A stretch of DNA of 64,000 nt. It comes from Eledone cirrhosa (Eukaryota). Shown piece after piece: positions 48,060 to 60,871 of this stretch. Position 1 is the stretch's first letter, and each line of letters starts with the position of its first letter. The notes beneath the pieces were generated by a model, which made no database searches, had not been told where the DNA came from, and worked only from the letters and a program-made list of their open reading frames with translations. The DNA is taken from contig OZ024740.1 of assembly GCA_964016885.1 (NCBI GenBank), positions 205,220,001 through 205,284,000 of the forward strand, in the 5' to 3' direction. The translations under genes were made by a program, and so were the position numbers.

Positions 48060-51000
48060 GAGCTTATTCTACAGTGAGTATGGCGCATGTCTCGGACATG
48101 ACTCCTTTAATTTAATTTAACTAAATTTATTTCGGATATATAAACGGCTCCTTATCTGTAGAGCTAAATCGGTTGAAAATTACACTTACACATACATAAA
48201 CACTGAAAACAAAACACTAATGGAGACCATCACGAACAACCCTTCGGTGAAAACCGAAGGGAAAACTTTCGCTCACTCTAATAAAATTAACAAAAAACTG
48301 AACCTAAAACTGATTAGGGTCCCTATACAAACTTATAGGTCCATAAAAGAAACATTTCAAAAGGATGTGGGGAATTCCTGCGTGAAACCACTTAACCGCG
48401 TCCTTCTCAAATGTTTCCCCACTCCAGACACCCCCATCCCACCAGACACCCCCTCCCCATCAAACATCTCTGTCCCCAGCCCGCCGGAAACCACCACCCA
48501 CCCAGATAACCCCTCCAACACCCCCATGGAAATCGTGCAGCCTGGTCCCCAGGAGACGAAGAGGTAAGTGATTTCTTTTCCTCTTCTTTTAACTTTTCAG
48601 CACCAACATGGCCAATATAAGAGTTGCATGTGTGAATGTACGCGGCCTGGGGATGCCCTGGAAACAGGGCAAACTCTTAAACGACCTCAGGTAGCATAGT
48701 ATGGATGTAGTAGCCATTTGCGACAGCTAGCCCCCATCTTCGACGACTTTGAGATCTACGCATCTCTCTGTCAGCCGGGAGGTGGGGGCGGGGTTGCCAT
48801 TTTGCTGCGGAAACACCCGGACCTCGTAACACAGGCGGTACATCTGGACCCGGAGGGTCGACTGGTGGTCCTAGACGTTGACGGTAGTGAAGGTGGAGCC
48901 TTCAGGCTGGTGGCCGCATATGCCCCACCCGGGACACGGCGACCAGACTTCTTCAAACGTCTAGAGACTTTTTGGGAACGTCCCGCTCCTTGCTTTTAGT
49001 GGGGGACTGGAATGGAATCCTAGATGCACGTTGGGAATATGTGGGAGCATGTCCCGATAAAGGGGGGTGTAACAGCCTCAAACAGTTAATTGGCCGATTT
49101 GACCTGGCCAATAGATATCGACTAGATTTTCCGACTGTGCCACTGTGGACGTGAACTAATCTTAGCGGAACATCTAGATCGTACCTAGATAGGGTTCTAG
49201 TTAGAAATAAAGATAGGGACATGTTAAGCTGTCCACAAATGTTCATGGTTGCCTATTCAGATCACAAACTAGTGACCTGCATGGTAAACCTTGATAGAAC
49301 ACATAGACAAGGACCCGGCTACTGGAAGCTAAACTTGTCATTACCGACATGCAAAGCCTATAGTAGACGGATTAGCACTTTAGTTAAACAGCACTTGACA
49401 GGGGCCATTGTCAACAACAGATGGTGGTACTCTCTCAAGAGGGCAGTTAGATTAGACTCGTTAGTTTTTAGTAAATAATTAGCGTTAAATAGAAATAGGA
49501 CCGAGAAGGAACTGATAGATAAAGTAGAAGAGGCAATTATAAGTGGCAACGTAGCCAGCGTGCTAGCAACGAGAACGGCCTTGGACCAGTTCTTCGACGC
49601 AAAGCACGAGGGCTGCGTTGTCAGAAGTAAAATACGTGCTCTGGGTAACGAGAGAGCCAAAGCTGTTAGCTGGGCCCGGATGACGGAGGCAAAAAGTGGC
49701 AACAAGTCCACGATTCGGTCTTTGAAGGACCAAAACGGACGCGTGATGCGTGAACCGAAGCAGATGTGCGCGGCCTTTCAGCGGCACTTTGCTCAGCTGT
49801 TCGGACAGGGCGGCGCGCCGGGAGGGGGTATGGATTTCGGTCTATATCTCGACGGCCTACCGTGACTCTCGGACAGCGAGGCGAAGTTCTGCGAAAAGCC
49901 GATTTCAGCCGCTGAGGTAGGGGACGCGCTGAGCCAATGCGGAAAACGCAAATCTCCAGGTATCGACAGTCTACCCTACGAATTTTACGTAGCATTGCCG
50001 GACTTGTTCTCCGGTCTTCTGGAACCGGTCTACTGCAACTGGCAGCAGAACGGGAGAATTCCCAGTTCTGTGACTAGGGGCGTAGTCACGCTAGTCAGGA
50101 AGGACGAGAATAAGGGGGATGACATAGGCAACTTCCGGCCCATAACTCTGCTAAACATATAGTTACAGATTTTGGCCAAGGTGTTGGCAAAGAGGCTGGC
50201 GCTTGTCGTCGAAATCCTGGTGGGAGAAGCGCAGACATGCGCAATTGCGACCAGGTTCATACACGACAACCTCCACCTCATGCGATACATCATAGAGAGG
50301 GTAGGGTGTAAACCCGGCTTCGGTGGGGCCCTGATCAATTTGGATCAGTCTAAGGCTTTCGATAGGGTTGACCATCGTTACCTGGATGCGGTGCTTGAGG
50401 CGGCAGGCTTTGGACCCGTGTTCAGGGGCTGGATTGCTGCAATGCACAACAGCAACATCTGCTCAAGGGTCAAGTTGGACGGCTACCTCTCAGGGCCGTT
50501 CCATATCACGCGATCCATTCGACAGAGATGCCCTCTCTCCTCCCTTCTGTACGTACTGACTCTCGAGCCACTACTGCGGAAGTTGGAACTACTGCAGGGC
50601 ATCCCCCTGGAACTGGGACTGCGGAAAACGGCGTCGGCATACGCCGACGACGTGACAGTAATGGTGTCGAGCACCTCGCAAATTGAGGAAGTTGGCACCT
50701 TACTGAAGGAATGCGAAAGGTTCACAGGAGCGAAGCTGAACCGGGACAAGTCCATCGGTTTGCAACTCGGATCGTGGAGGGGCAAACCGATGCATTCCGA
50801 TGGTGTCGTCGGACGCTGGACAGAAGGACCGGTAAAGCTGCTCGGGGTCTGGTTTGGTCCGGACCTCCAGGTGGAGAAGAACTGGAACGAGGTAACGGCC
50901 AAGGTGTTTGCACTCACCCAGAAGTGGGCTGAGTGCAAACTATCCTTGAAAGGTCGAGCGGAGGTGGCAAACACTTTTATAGCGTCCGTCATCTACTACT

Positions 51001-52260
51001 GCTTGACCGTCGTGCCTTGTCCAGCCAAAACGCTCACCAAAATGGAGCGCGCGCTCTTCCAATTCCTTTGGAAGAAGCGGGCTCCTTTGGTGAGAAGATC
51101 CATCTGCTGCCAACACCCTTCCAACGGAGGGCTGGGGTTGCCGTGGCTGACGATGCGCAAACACGTGTTCAGGCCGCGGCATCTCTACGTATTCCTCACC
51201 GGACAACCGGTGTGGGCCACATTCGTGAGGCGAGCCTTCCCACAACTCGTCTCGCTGACCGAGCTGTAGTCCTGGGTCAAGCAAAGACCGAGGAAAATAG
51301 GCGACTGGCACATCGAATGTGCTCAGGCGCTCCCAGCCCTCTGGCAGGCGGACTCGGCGATCAGTGGAGACTCCACTTCGTAATTCTATAGAGGGTTGAT
51401 TCGCAGCAAGTGCAACGACGCGCTCGGAGAAGCTCTAGGCGTAGAGGAAGACGAACTGGCCAGTCTGTTCGGCAGGACCTTCCGCCCGGGACTGATGGAC
51501 AACTTCCAAAAGTCCCTGGCCTGGCAGTGCTACCGAGGAGCTCTACCAGTTCGAGACAAGCTCTATAGACATGGGCGCCCGGGCAGGGACCCTTTGAAAA
51601 AGATCTGTCCGAGATGCATGCAAGACGAAGAAACCGTCGCGCACGCATTCATACACTGCCCGGACGTTACTGACCTGTGGGGCTATGTAGAACGACTATT
51701 GTCTCAGGTGGGACCAATCCGGTTGACCACCGAGTCCATTGTCATGATCAAACCGCCACTCTCCTTCAAAAACGAAGGAGAGGCGGTTTTCCTTTGTGTG
51801 ATAGCTATGGCGAAAGAGGTTGTATGGTGGACAAGGTTAAAAGGGCTGAGGTCAGATACCTTTCTCTCCGGCCAACAACTGATTCTTTTTTTTCAAATAC
51901 CACTTTGGAAGAAGAATCAGGATGGAGAGAGAGGTGCTGTACCCCAGCAAGTTTTATGAAAGGTGGGTGAAAGTGGCGAGAATGGACCGAGTGAATGGGC
52001 CTTCTCTCTATATCAGCCTGTAGGTTGAGGAAAAAGAGGAAGAGAGGAAGGGTACAAACCCTTCGTACTCCTGGAGATGAGGGTTCCACATTTTTTCGGG
52101 GGTATGTCTTACCCATCTGAAATGTCTCCCCCTATTGGAGAAAATCGATTAACTTTTAAATTGCATTTGTTATAATATTTTACACGTTTTTATTGTATGT
52201 AAACTACCCCCTTTGTATTTGTCCCTTTCTTTTGTGCCCCTGTGGCTAATAAAGAAACAT
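48060..52260 (+). mobile_element. Tx1/L1-clade LINE with a short ORF1 remnant (48220-48567) and a full-length but disrupted ORF2 (48608-52023)
   Basis: APE motifs MANIRVACVNVRGL, GGGVAILL, AYAP, VGDWNG, SYLDRVLV, YSDHK, GYWKLN. RT motifs GNFRPITLL, LDQSKAFDRVDH, CPLSSLLY, AYADD. Zinc knuckle CPRC..EETVAHAFIHC. The 3' end is AATAAA followed by (TC)/(TA) repeats. The 5' boundary is approximate. Confidence 0.93.
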
Positions 52261-52425
52261 ATCTATCTCTCTCTCTATATATATATATATATAAACTTAA
52301 GAAAATTAACTAGGAGAGGATAAGACAACGAACGAAAACAAGGCAAAATGAAAAACAAATTTTTTAAGGGGAAACCTTAAAAAAAAGAAGATACAAACGA
52401 AGACAGAACTCCAATGTTATCGGCC

Positions 52426-54540
52426 TGTAGCAAGAGTTGCCTCCCTTATCACCAGTAGCGCTCTCTAGACAGGAAGTAGCTGGAGTTACTTCCCGTTGAG
52501 GTGGCAGAGCCTTCTTTGTCACTTCCATCCAGGGACCCCTATAAAGGAGAGAGCTGAAAGCTGTCTCCCTCTCTTTTAACCTGCCTGGCCCTTCGGCCAG
52601 GCGCGTTCACCGAGGCTATACTCTCTGGCAACCTTAACATGGTAATGTAAAGACCACTTGGTCTCTTGCGAGATGACTTCAAAACGGTAATACAACTAAC
52701 TTTAATTCATTCTTTCATCTCTCTTGGCATGTCAACTATTCTGCTCTACATAGCTCAACCTTGTTAAATAAACATTGTACATACAACTGAGTGTCTTGTG
52801 TTCATACAACCCAGTGTCCTGTTATAATTGGTGATCCCAAGAAAAAAATAATAGGATCTGGTGTTGTGTGAATATGAAAAAAGAAAATTAATTAGCAGTA
52901 TTTAAAAAAGAAAAAATTCCACTAACAACATTCCACATGGATTTTTTTCTACAACGAAAAATAGAAGTAATCTTTTCCTCAGCAGCAAACAAACAAGAAC
53001 AAATTTCGCTTTTCACCTCACGTGTTTACATCGTTTAAATGTCGCTACTTTTTCATCACTTTCAAAAAAAAAAAAAATTGAACTCTCGCCATATACAAAG
53101 CCTTTCCTTCTTTTTCATCATATCACGTTCACAAACAAATTTTTTAAAATGGCTACCAACGATCTGTTGCACTATCATTTTCGCGCCAGAGAAATATTTT
53201 TTATTCAACTTGACTTTAACCTTGTTTCGGCACGTGTGGAAGCACACATCTCGACTCACTGAGATAACACACGCCATAGATAATGTTTCTTGCCAAGGAT
53301 TCTCCAGCCTTAAGCTATATTCTCCTATTTGCCGGTTTAAAAATTTACCACGTAAATTTGCCGTTGAAAACTGCGCATTTATTCAGAATGCTTATTTCTT
53401 TGGTCGCTGGCCTCTTGACCCTTCCAGGTCAACGTGTTCTCAACATCGACCATCAACTTTGGCTGTTATTTCTAGCACTTTGCGCAACTCATTTTTTCTG
53501 GGAAACTTTTTACTGTGAACGGAAACATCGAATAAGCTCACTCCGAGAGACAACAACAACTCATTTTTTCTGGGAAACTTTTTACTGTGAAAGGAAACAA
53601 CATCGAATAGGCTCACTCCGCGAGACAACAACAACACAGCTTCATCTTTGCTTTATCAATAACCCAAACCAGCAGAACAAAACACAGAGAATTTATTTTT
53701 GCAGCACTCTTCCTGTGAGAAAATCCCACCAGCCTTCGGAGGTTGGGAATTTCACGTTGTACCACAGTCCAGAAACCACCTGCATACATTCTCTGGAACA
53801 CACTTTCTTTCCTGCTGTCATGTGATTGCACACCTGTGAACTGTATTTTGAACATTTGAACCTTTTTTTTAATAACTATGTTCGAGCACGTTTCTTTGCT
53901 CCTTTGACCTCCTCTTTTAGTTTGATTACATTGTATCTTTGAGTGATGGATAGATAGATGTCCAGTCGTTCTCTGGCCAAGAGCGGTTGGCTACCTTGAT
54001 ATCTATCATTGATTTTTGCATGCTTATATTTTGCTGTTTTCCTTTTATTGCAAACACTATTTTTTTGTAATTCTCATGCCTGGACTTTGGTGTTACATGC
54101 TCGCCATCTTACTCCATACATGGTTCATTAGATTTTTGTTTTAAAAATCTGGCGGGAGATAATGTAGCAAGAGTTGCCTCCCTTATCACCAGTAGCGCTC
54201 TCTAGACAGGAAGTAGCTAGAGTTACTTCCCATTGAGGTGGCAGAGCCTTCTTTGTCACTTCCGTCCAGGGACCCCTATAAAGGAGAGAGCTGAAAGCTG
54301 TCTCCCTCTCTTTTAACCTGCCTGGCCCTTCGGCCAGGCGCGTTCGCCGAGGCTATACTCTCTGGCAACCTGAACATGGTAATGTAAAGACCACTTGGTC
54401 TCTTGCGAGATGACTTCAAAACGGTAATACAACTAACTTTAATTCATTCTTTCATCTCTCTTGGCATGTCAACTATTCTGCTCTACATAGCTCAACCTTG
54501 TTAAATAAACATTGTACATACAACCCAGTGTCCTGTTATA
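52426..54540 (+). mobile_element. Non-autonomous LTR retroelement (TRIM/LARD-like), intact ends, non-coding interior
   Basis: LTRs 52426-52826 and 54163-54540 differ by about 5 substitutions and a 23-bp indel. TSD ggcc/ggcc, PBS TGGTGATCCC at 52829, PPT ggcgggagataa. No gag/pol motifs; an internal ~70-bp tandem duplication lies at about 53486-53635. Confidence 0.92.
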
Positions 54541-55051
54541 GGCCATTGAGATGGACTTTGGGAGTTTCGACCCTTACTAACGGTACTGCTGATCCAGCTG
54601 GGATCACAGCGTCTAACACAAGCCAAACGCTGTCCGGTGAGGTAATAGATGAGAGACAAAACATTAATGTACAGCAATTAAGCTAAAACAAGTAAATATG
54701 GGTGGAAAAAAACTCCCATTTAAAATTGTTAATAACTTTATTAATTATTGGCTGATTTTCATATAACGTTTTACTTTGAACAGTGTAATGGTACAGTACA
54801 GTGTTAACATTCTATATAGGCACCAACGTTGTTCACCAGTGTTTGTAATCGTCTGGGTATATCCTCAATTGCGTGGTCGTGGTGGTCAGTGTGTGTGTGT
54901 AGTTAAGGTGTGTTAGTGTATCCATGTGAAGGTGTATGTGAGTGGGTGAGCTAGTGGAATGTTTCTGTGTTGTTGGAGGTGGTGCATGCGCAGATACACA
55001 AGCACGCGTGCACCCCCCCCATATATACATTCATACACACATACATACATA

Positions 55052-55083
<32 letters not shown>

Positions 55084-55690
55084 AATTATTGTGTACAGGG
55101 CTTAGGTGCACTACAACTCATCAAAGGTGCATGTATAGTACATAGAATAATGTTCAAATGTCAGGAAAATGAATAGTGTATGAGTCATGAAATACATGTG
55201 TGCGTATGTATGGAGGGGGGGACATCAGGTGCAGTGTTGGCTAATCTCAGGAAGCATGGAGGTTATATATAGACGCTGGTGTGTGTGGTGGGGTGAGTTA
55301 GTGTAAGTTGGTGTATGCTACAATAGGTGTAAAAGGTGCGAGTACTAAGGTCGTATATATATTTAAAGAAAGGAGCCTATGGTCAGATCAGAACAAGGAA
55401 ACAATGTTTCCATTACTGATACTATCACAACTTAGCAATTGGAGTACATGATTAAGGAAAGGTATAACTGCTTTTTAAAGTCAATCGATTTCATGTTCTT
55501 TTATAGATCTAATTTAGTTGTTTTAACAGTAACATTTGCCACTTAACTGATGCTCATCCTATATTTAAAATAACTTGATCTTAACGCGTTTTTAGTGCCT
55601 TTTAACAAAATATTGGAGCTTTTGACTCAAATTTAACGCTCTTGCCATTGAAAAAAACCAGCAACTCTTTTAAAGGGTTATTTCACTTAC

Positions 55691-55783
55691 ATTAAACGTA
55701 TTGGGTTGACTCAAAACATTCCTTTGACCCTTGTGATGTGCGGCTGATTGTTGCACTTTGTGGGGAATTGTCACTGCCTCCAT
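55691..55783 (-). CDS. Candidate first coding exon of an unidentified - strand gene (MEAVTIPHKVQQSAAHHKGQRNVLSQPNTFN)
   Basis: gagATGG start, 31 open codons and a phase-0 GTAAGT donor. It lies in a CpG-rich patch with a GC box and an octamer. No downstream exon was recognised. Confidence 0.3.
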
Positions 55784-55784
55784 C

Positions 55785-56120
55785 TCTCACTATTATATGC
55801 AAATCGGAGTCCGGGCGTTAGCCGCCCCGCGGCTCGACAGTCAGAATAGAGAAGGCGTTTCCCCAGAGGATGGTGAGACGAGCTGGAAGTGCCATTCCAG
55901 TTCTCAGGTAGCCAATTCTGCAGACCTGCCACCCTCTAAAAACCCAAATGGGGAATACCATGAGAAAAAATGCCCCCAAAACAGGGAGAAATGGGGAGAT
56001 TTTACATAATAAAAGCTATACTCATTTTCACAAGAGAAGACATCTCTCACCCACCCGAAAGTGGGAAGGAGATCTCGTCGGACAGGGAGAGTTGACAGGT
56101 CTGACTCTGTGTGGTGAGTA
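55785..56120. promoter_or_regulatory. CpG-rich promoter-like patch, possibly bidirectional
   Basis: Octamer ATGCAAAT (55797-55804), GC box ccgcccc (about 55823), and a + strand donor gtg|GTGAGT near 56114. Confidence 0.35.
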
Positions 56121-58060
56121 GGGAGGTGGTCCTAGGGTCAAGGTCGTTTTCGCTTCCCCCTTTTCTTTCTTTTTCTTGCTCTGGTCGTATATTTTGGGTG
56201 TGTTGTTTATGTGAGGTCCCTAGCAATAGTTAATTGTATTTGTTTTGTGTTTATCAACAACATATTGTAATGTTATTCTGAAAGAATTGTGAGCAATTTT
56301 TAATGTTAGTTATATATATATTTATATTTACTAAAATAGTTATACACAACACATTAAACTTTGATTACTGTGTGTATATTATGACTCATACACTGTTCAT
56401 TTTCCTGACATTTGTACATTATTCTATGTACTAATGGATTATGTACTATGTACTAGTGGATTGGCAGTATCGGTAGAGGGTCGGACGCCATGCTTTCCAG
56501 CATAGTTACGTCTCTTTACGATCTGAGTTCAAATCCTGCCGAGGTTGACTTTGCCTTTCATCCTTACGGGGGTCGATAAAATAAAGTACCAGTAATGCAC
56601 TGGGTAATTGCTGGCCTTGTGCCTAAAGTAGAAACAATTATTCTATGTACTATACATGCACCTTTGATGAGTTGTAGTGCACCTGAGCACTGTACACAAT
56701 AATTCTCATTATTTTTTTTATTATTACCGTAGAAAAGATAAAACAACCAAAAATCATATGAACATAAACATTGTTTTAATTATAGAATCAGTTTTTTTTG
56801 TACATCTATGTATGAGAAAAATATTCAAAGAATTATTCAGTGAATGTTTGCCAACTTTTGACTCACTCAGCTGTATCAAAACAACTTTTAGACAACAACT
56901 AAATACAATGATCAGGTGATATATTTTTATTTTTAGTTTTGTTTTTAGTTTTATCTACTCCGGTTATATTTGAAGCTGATACATCAAATGGACATAAAAT
57001 CCCTCTGTAACCCTTTTGATACCAAACCATTTGAAACTGCCCATTGTTTTATGATTCAATTTTTTTTCTCCATTTTATGTTTAATATCTATTTAAAACTC
57101 TTGCATCATAATTTTATGTAAGAACCTTTCTTAAGTTATGTTTCAAACACCAGATTAATAATGAGAAAGTTAGTAATATTACTAACCTCTTCCCTTGCAA
57201 ATTCTCAATGACTTTTGAAAATTATCCGAAAATCATAGGCAGTGTGTTTCATTAGGAATATGGTAATGAAAGGGCTGATATAATAATTGCTTTATCTGCT
57301 TCATTTATTTTGTTACAGTTACTTTACTCTGTAATTTGACAACATTCTTGACAAAATATATGTTCCCCAACCTGATTTTGATAAACGTGTTTGCTATTTC
57401 AGATGATTATCAATGAAAGTCTATTTCTTACAAACGTATGTTGGGGTACTCTACTCCATGTATATATTTATGAAAACAACTGCACCAGCACATATAAATA
57501 TATTTAAGTGTAGATACACTTAACATGTTTTATATGTATGTATTTTAAGTGACATGAGTTTTGAATGACAATTTGTTTTGCCATCATCTTGAAGCTGCCA
57601 AAAGTCACAATTTGAAAATTAGATGATTTACAAGAAGAATGGTGGTGATAGGGCTAACATTTTATTGAAAACAAATTTTTATAATTTTTTTTCTGATAAT
57701 ACTAGTCAAACACCAACATTTCTTTTGCCTTTCCAGAAAGTGATTAGTTTACATTTAACAACCATTTTTTTTTTTTTTTTACTTAATTTCTATATCACTC
57801 GTTCAGAAGTGAAATGGTAAAAATGTATTTAAAACATACTTTAAATGTTGCATTTGATATTTTTGGAATCAAATTTCACCAAAAATATTTTGATTTGTTC
57901 ATTCTCTTCCTCCATCTTTTCTTTTTTATTGGGGGTGGGATGGGGTGAGGAAATAGTTGTTAATGAATATGGTAGTATGAAACATCACATTTGTTTTGTT
58001 TTGTCTTTTAAACTCTCCCCTGCCCCTAATAAAGCATGAATCTATGAGATTTGCTGTTGG

Positions 58061-58225
58061 TTAGTCTGACCCTTCCTCATCTGTGTCTGAGCTTCGACCA
58101 CCTCTCTGTGCTTTCTTCTTTCTGATCTCTTCCAAAGTAGCTTCCACTGTGTCTTCATAATGAGAAGCCAGTAATGACAATACGTCCTTGTGGGTGCAGT
58201 AATAGAGGAAGAACATGAAGAAATT
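58061..58225 (-). CDS. Adhesion/secretin-class (7tm_2) GPCR, last coding exon (TM7 C-half, helix 8, short tail)
   Basis: Acceptor ctatttcAG then NFFMFFLYYCTHKDVLSLL...SSDTDEEGSD*. It resembles the QGFFIFLFYC...EV TM7 pattern and is in phase 0 with exon 61657-61786. Confidence 0.78.
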   Translation of the reverse strand, partial: NFFMFFLYYCTHKDVLSLLASHYEDTVEATLEEIRKKKAQRGGRSSDTDEEGSD

Positions 58226-59019
58226 CTGAAATAGAAAATGAAAAAAAGAACATTCCATTATTTGTAGACGTTTATCAAGTATGAGAGAGATTTTTGCAGA
58301 GGAGAGAATTATTATTCCATCATCTTCATTTTCCATACTAGCATGGGTTAGATGGGCTTTTGCAGTCTATGACTATATGGATCGGAGAACTATATTTTGC
58401 TTATTCATTCCATTTTAGCCATGGTTTCTATGACTGGGTGCTTTTCCTAACACTAACCACTATACAGAGTGTACTGGGTGCATTTTATCATGAAACTAGT
58501 ATCATTACTTTACAGAGTATAATGAGTGCATTTTATCTTGGGGCACCCAACATTATCCCTTTACAGAGTGTACTAGGTGCATTTTAACATAATGCCAGCA
58601 TTACCACTTTAATTGTGTCTTACATTATTTTTGGCAAGCTTTCTTCTGTCTGGATACTCATCCTATCACCGACCCCTTTACAGTGAGAACTGGGTACATT
58701 TAACTGTGCCACCCACACTAGAGAGGTTGTTTAATAGGATTTAGAGGTCCTCTGTACACTGTATCAGTTTTTATTCAGAATGACTGCTCTCGTAGATGGG
58801 TTGCTTTCGTTATGACTGTGCAGTCTCATTTTATTCAGAGTGATTGCTTTCCTAGATGAGCTACCTTTCTTTGAAGCTTACGAAGTCCATGCCTGGCCCA
58901 TACATTTTTATCTCTTTGGAGTTACTGCTCTCCTAGACAGGTTGCCTTTCCTGTGACCTCATCTACCCACAAGATATCTGCGAATACATGCAGACATGCT
59001 AACAAAATCAGAAAACAGT

Positions 59020-59300
59020 ACAGTTCCCATTCGTAAACATTTTTTCATGCTCAGAGTTGCTAAAGCATGGAGCAAGCTACCTGCATCCTTCAAAACTTCC
59101 ATGCTTTTTGAAATTTGCCAACACTACACCTGATATTCCTCCTCCACACACACACACACATGTGTGTGTGTGTCTGTATGTATATCATGATTCATACACT
59201 GTTCACTTTCCCGACATCTGTACATTGTTTCATGTACTATACATGTACCTTTGATGAGTTGTAGTGCACTTGAGCACTACACAATAATTTTCATTATTAT
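59020..59300 (+). mobile_element. CR1-type LINE 3' end; related tails at about 55080-55260(-), 56385-56705 and 60760-60860
   Basis: IRKHFF.LRVAKAWSKLPAS remnant, then catacactgttcactt...gatgagttgtagtgcac.tgagcac and an (att)n tail. Confidence 0.7.
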
Positions 59301-59981
59301 TATTATTATACAAATTATAGCAAGTTAATACATTAATTATACAAATTATAGTCTATTAATAGATTAATTATACAAAGGTGAGCTTTAACTTTCATCCTTA
59401 TGGGGTCGATAAAATAAAGTACCAGTAATGTATTGGGGTCGATTTAATCAACTTTCCCTTTCCCCCCAAAAGTGTTCGCCTTGTGCCTAAATCAGAAAGA
59501 TTGGTGGATTGGCAGTATCAGTAGAGGGTCAGACGTCATGCTTTCCAGCATAGTTACGTCCCTTTACGATCCGAGTTCAAATCCCGCCGAGGTTGACTTT
59601 GCCTTTCATCCTTATGGGGTCGATAAAATAAAGTACCAGTAATGCACTGGGAAATTGCTGGCCTTGTGCCTAAAGTAGAAACAATTATTATTGAATTGGC
59701 AGTATTGGTAGAGGGTCGGACGTCATGCTTTGACGCATAGAGTAGAAACAATTATTATCATTATCATCCTCGTCGATTTAATGTCAGCTTTCCATGCTGG
59801 CAAGTTCTAATCTTGGTGAGGTTAGCTTTGCCCTTCATCCTTACGGGGTCGATAAAATAAAGTATCACTGGATTTAACCGACTTTGATAATGAAAATAAT
59901 AATAGTAGTAAAGAATCAGAAAAATATAGATGTCACTTAGTTGAGTTAAACATTGCCATCAGTGAAGTAAAATTATAATTA

Positions 59982-60693
59982 CCGTATATGCTGGCGTACA
60001 AGTCGACATTTTGGGCCTAAAAATATCTCTCCAAACCACGGGTCGACTTGTCCGCCGAATATATAATGTGAACCTTTGCGACTGAGGGGCAAACAGTGAA
60101 ACTGCCTGCCTAACACTTGTTGTACACCACTTATCATAACTCTAGCAGCCCACCACAATTATTTCCTACTGAATCTCATATTTGTTATGTCTATTTAACG
60201 TAGAGATTATAATAATTGTTTCTACTTTTTGGCACAAGGCCAGCAATAACCCAGTGCATTACTGGTACTTTATTTTATCGACCCCGTAAGGATGAAAGGC
60301 AAAGTTAACCTCGGCAGGATTTAAACTCAGAATGGCAAGGGCCATAACTCTATGCATCAAAGCATATTGTCCGCCCCTCTACCGATACTGCCAATCCACT
60401 GCCGTAGAGATTATAATAATATCAATGACTTGGGTAGGGTAGGCTTCCATAGGTTCGTTAAGGTTAGGTAAGGCTGGTTTACTCGGTGAATTAGAACTCA
60501 CTTGAGACTGGAGTGTTTTAGAAGTGTCTTAGCCTTTAGCGCGCCACTAAACTTTTTGAATTATTTCCCCTGCAATTGCCTTATTTTTGAGGGGTCGTCT
60601 TATCCAGCGAATATAGGCCTAAACCTGAATTACACCTCAGAATTTTAGGGGTTGACCTATGCCCCAGATCGACTTGCACACCGGCATATATGG
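59982..60693. mobile_element. Non-autonomous Tc1/mariner-superfamily (Tc2/pogo-like) DNA transposon with a nested SINE
   Basis: TA|ccgtatatgctggcgtacaagtcga ... tcgacttgcacaccggcatatatgg|TA, a 25-bp TIR with 4 mismatches. Confidence 0.8.
60217..60402 (-). mobile_element. Full-length SINE with an 18-bp target-site duplication
   Basis: Flanked by cgtagagattataataat at 60199-60216 and 60403-60420. Confidence 0.9.
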
Positions 60694-60871
60694 TAGTTCA
60701 ATAAATAGGCACCATTGTAGCATATCACATGGTAGATGGAAAATGTGTGTTTGTGTATATCATGACTCATACACTGTTCACTTTCCTGACTTTTGTACAT
60801 TATTCTATGTACTATACATGCACCTTTGATGAATTGTAGTGCACCTGAGCATATTTTCATTATTATTATTA

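Noticed and set aside
52900-53860. ORFs of 159 and 180 aa inside the non-autonomous LTR element
   Set aside because: No recognisable motifs; they have low-complexity composition and run through a tandem duplication.
54545-54610. Possible - strand hammerhead (gggtcgaaactcccaaagtc) in the repeat interrupted by the LTR element
   Set aside because: No CUGANGA-type core at the right distance.
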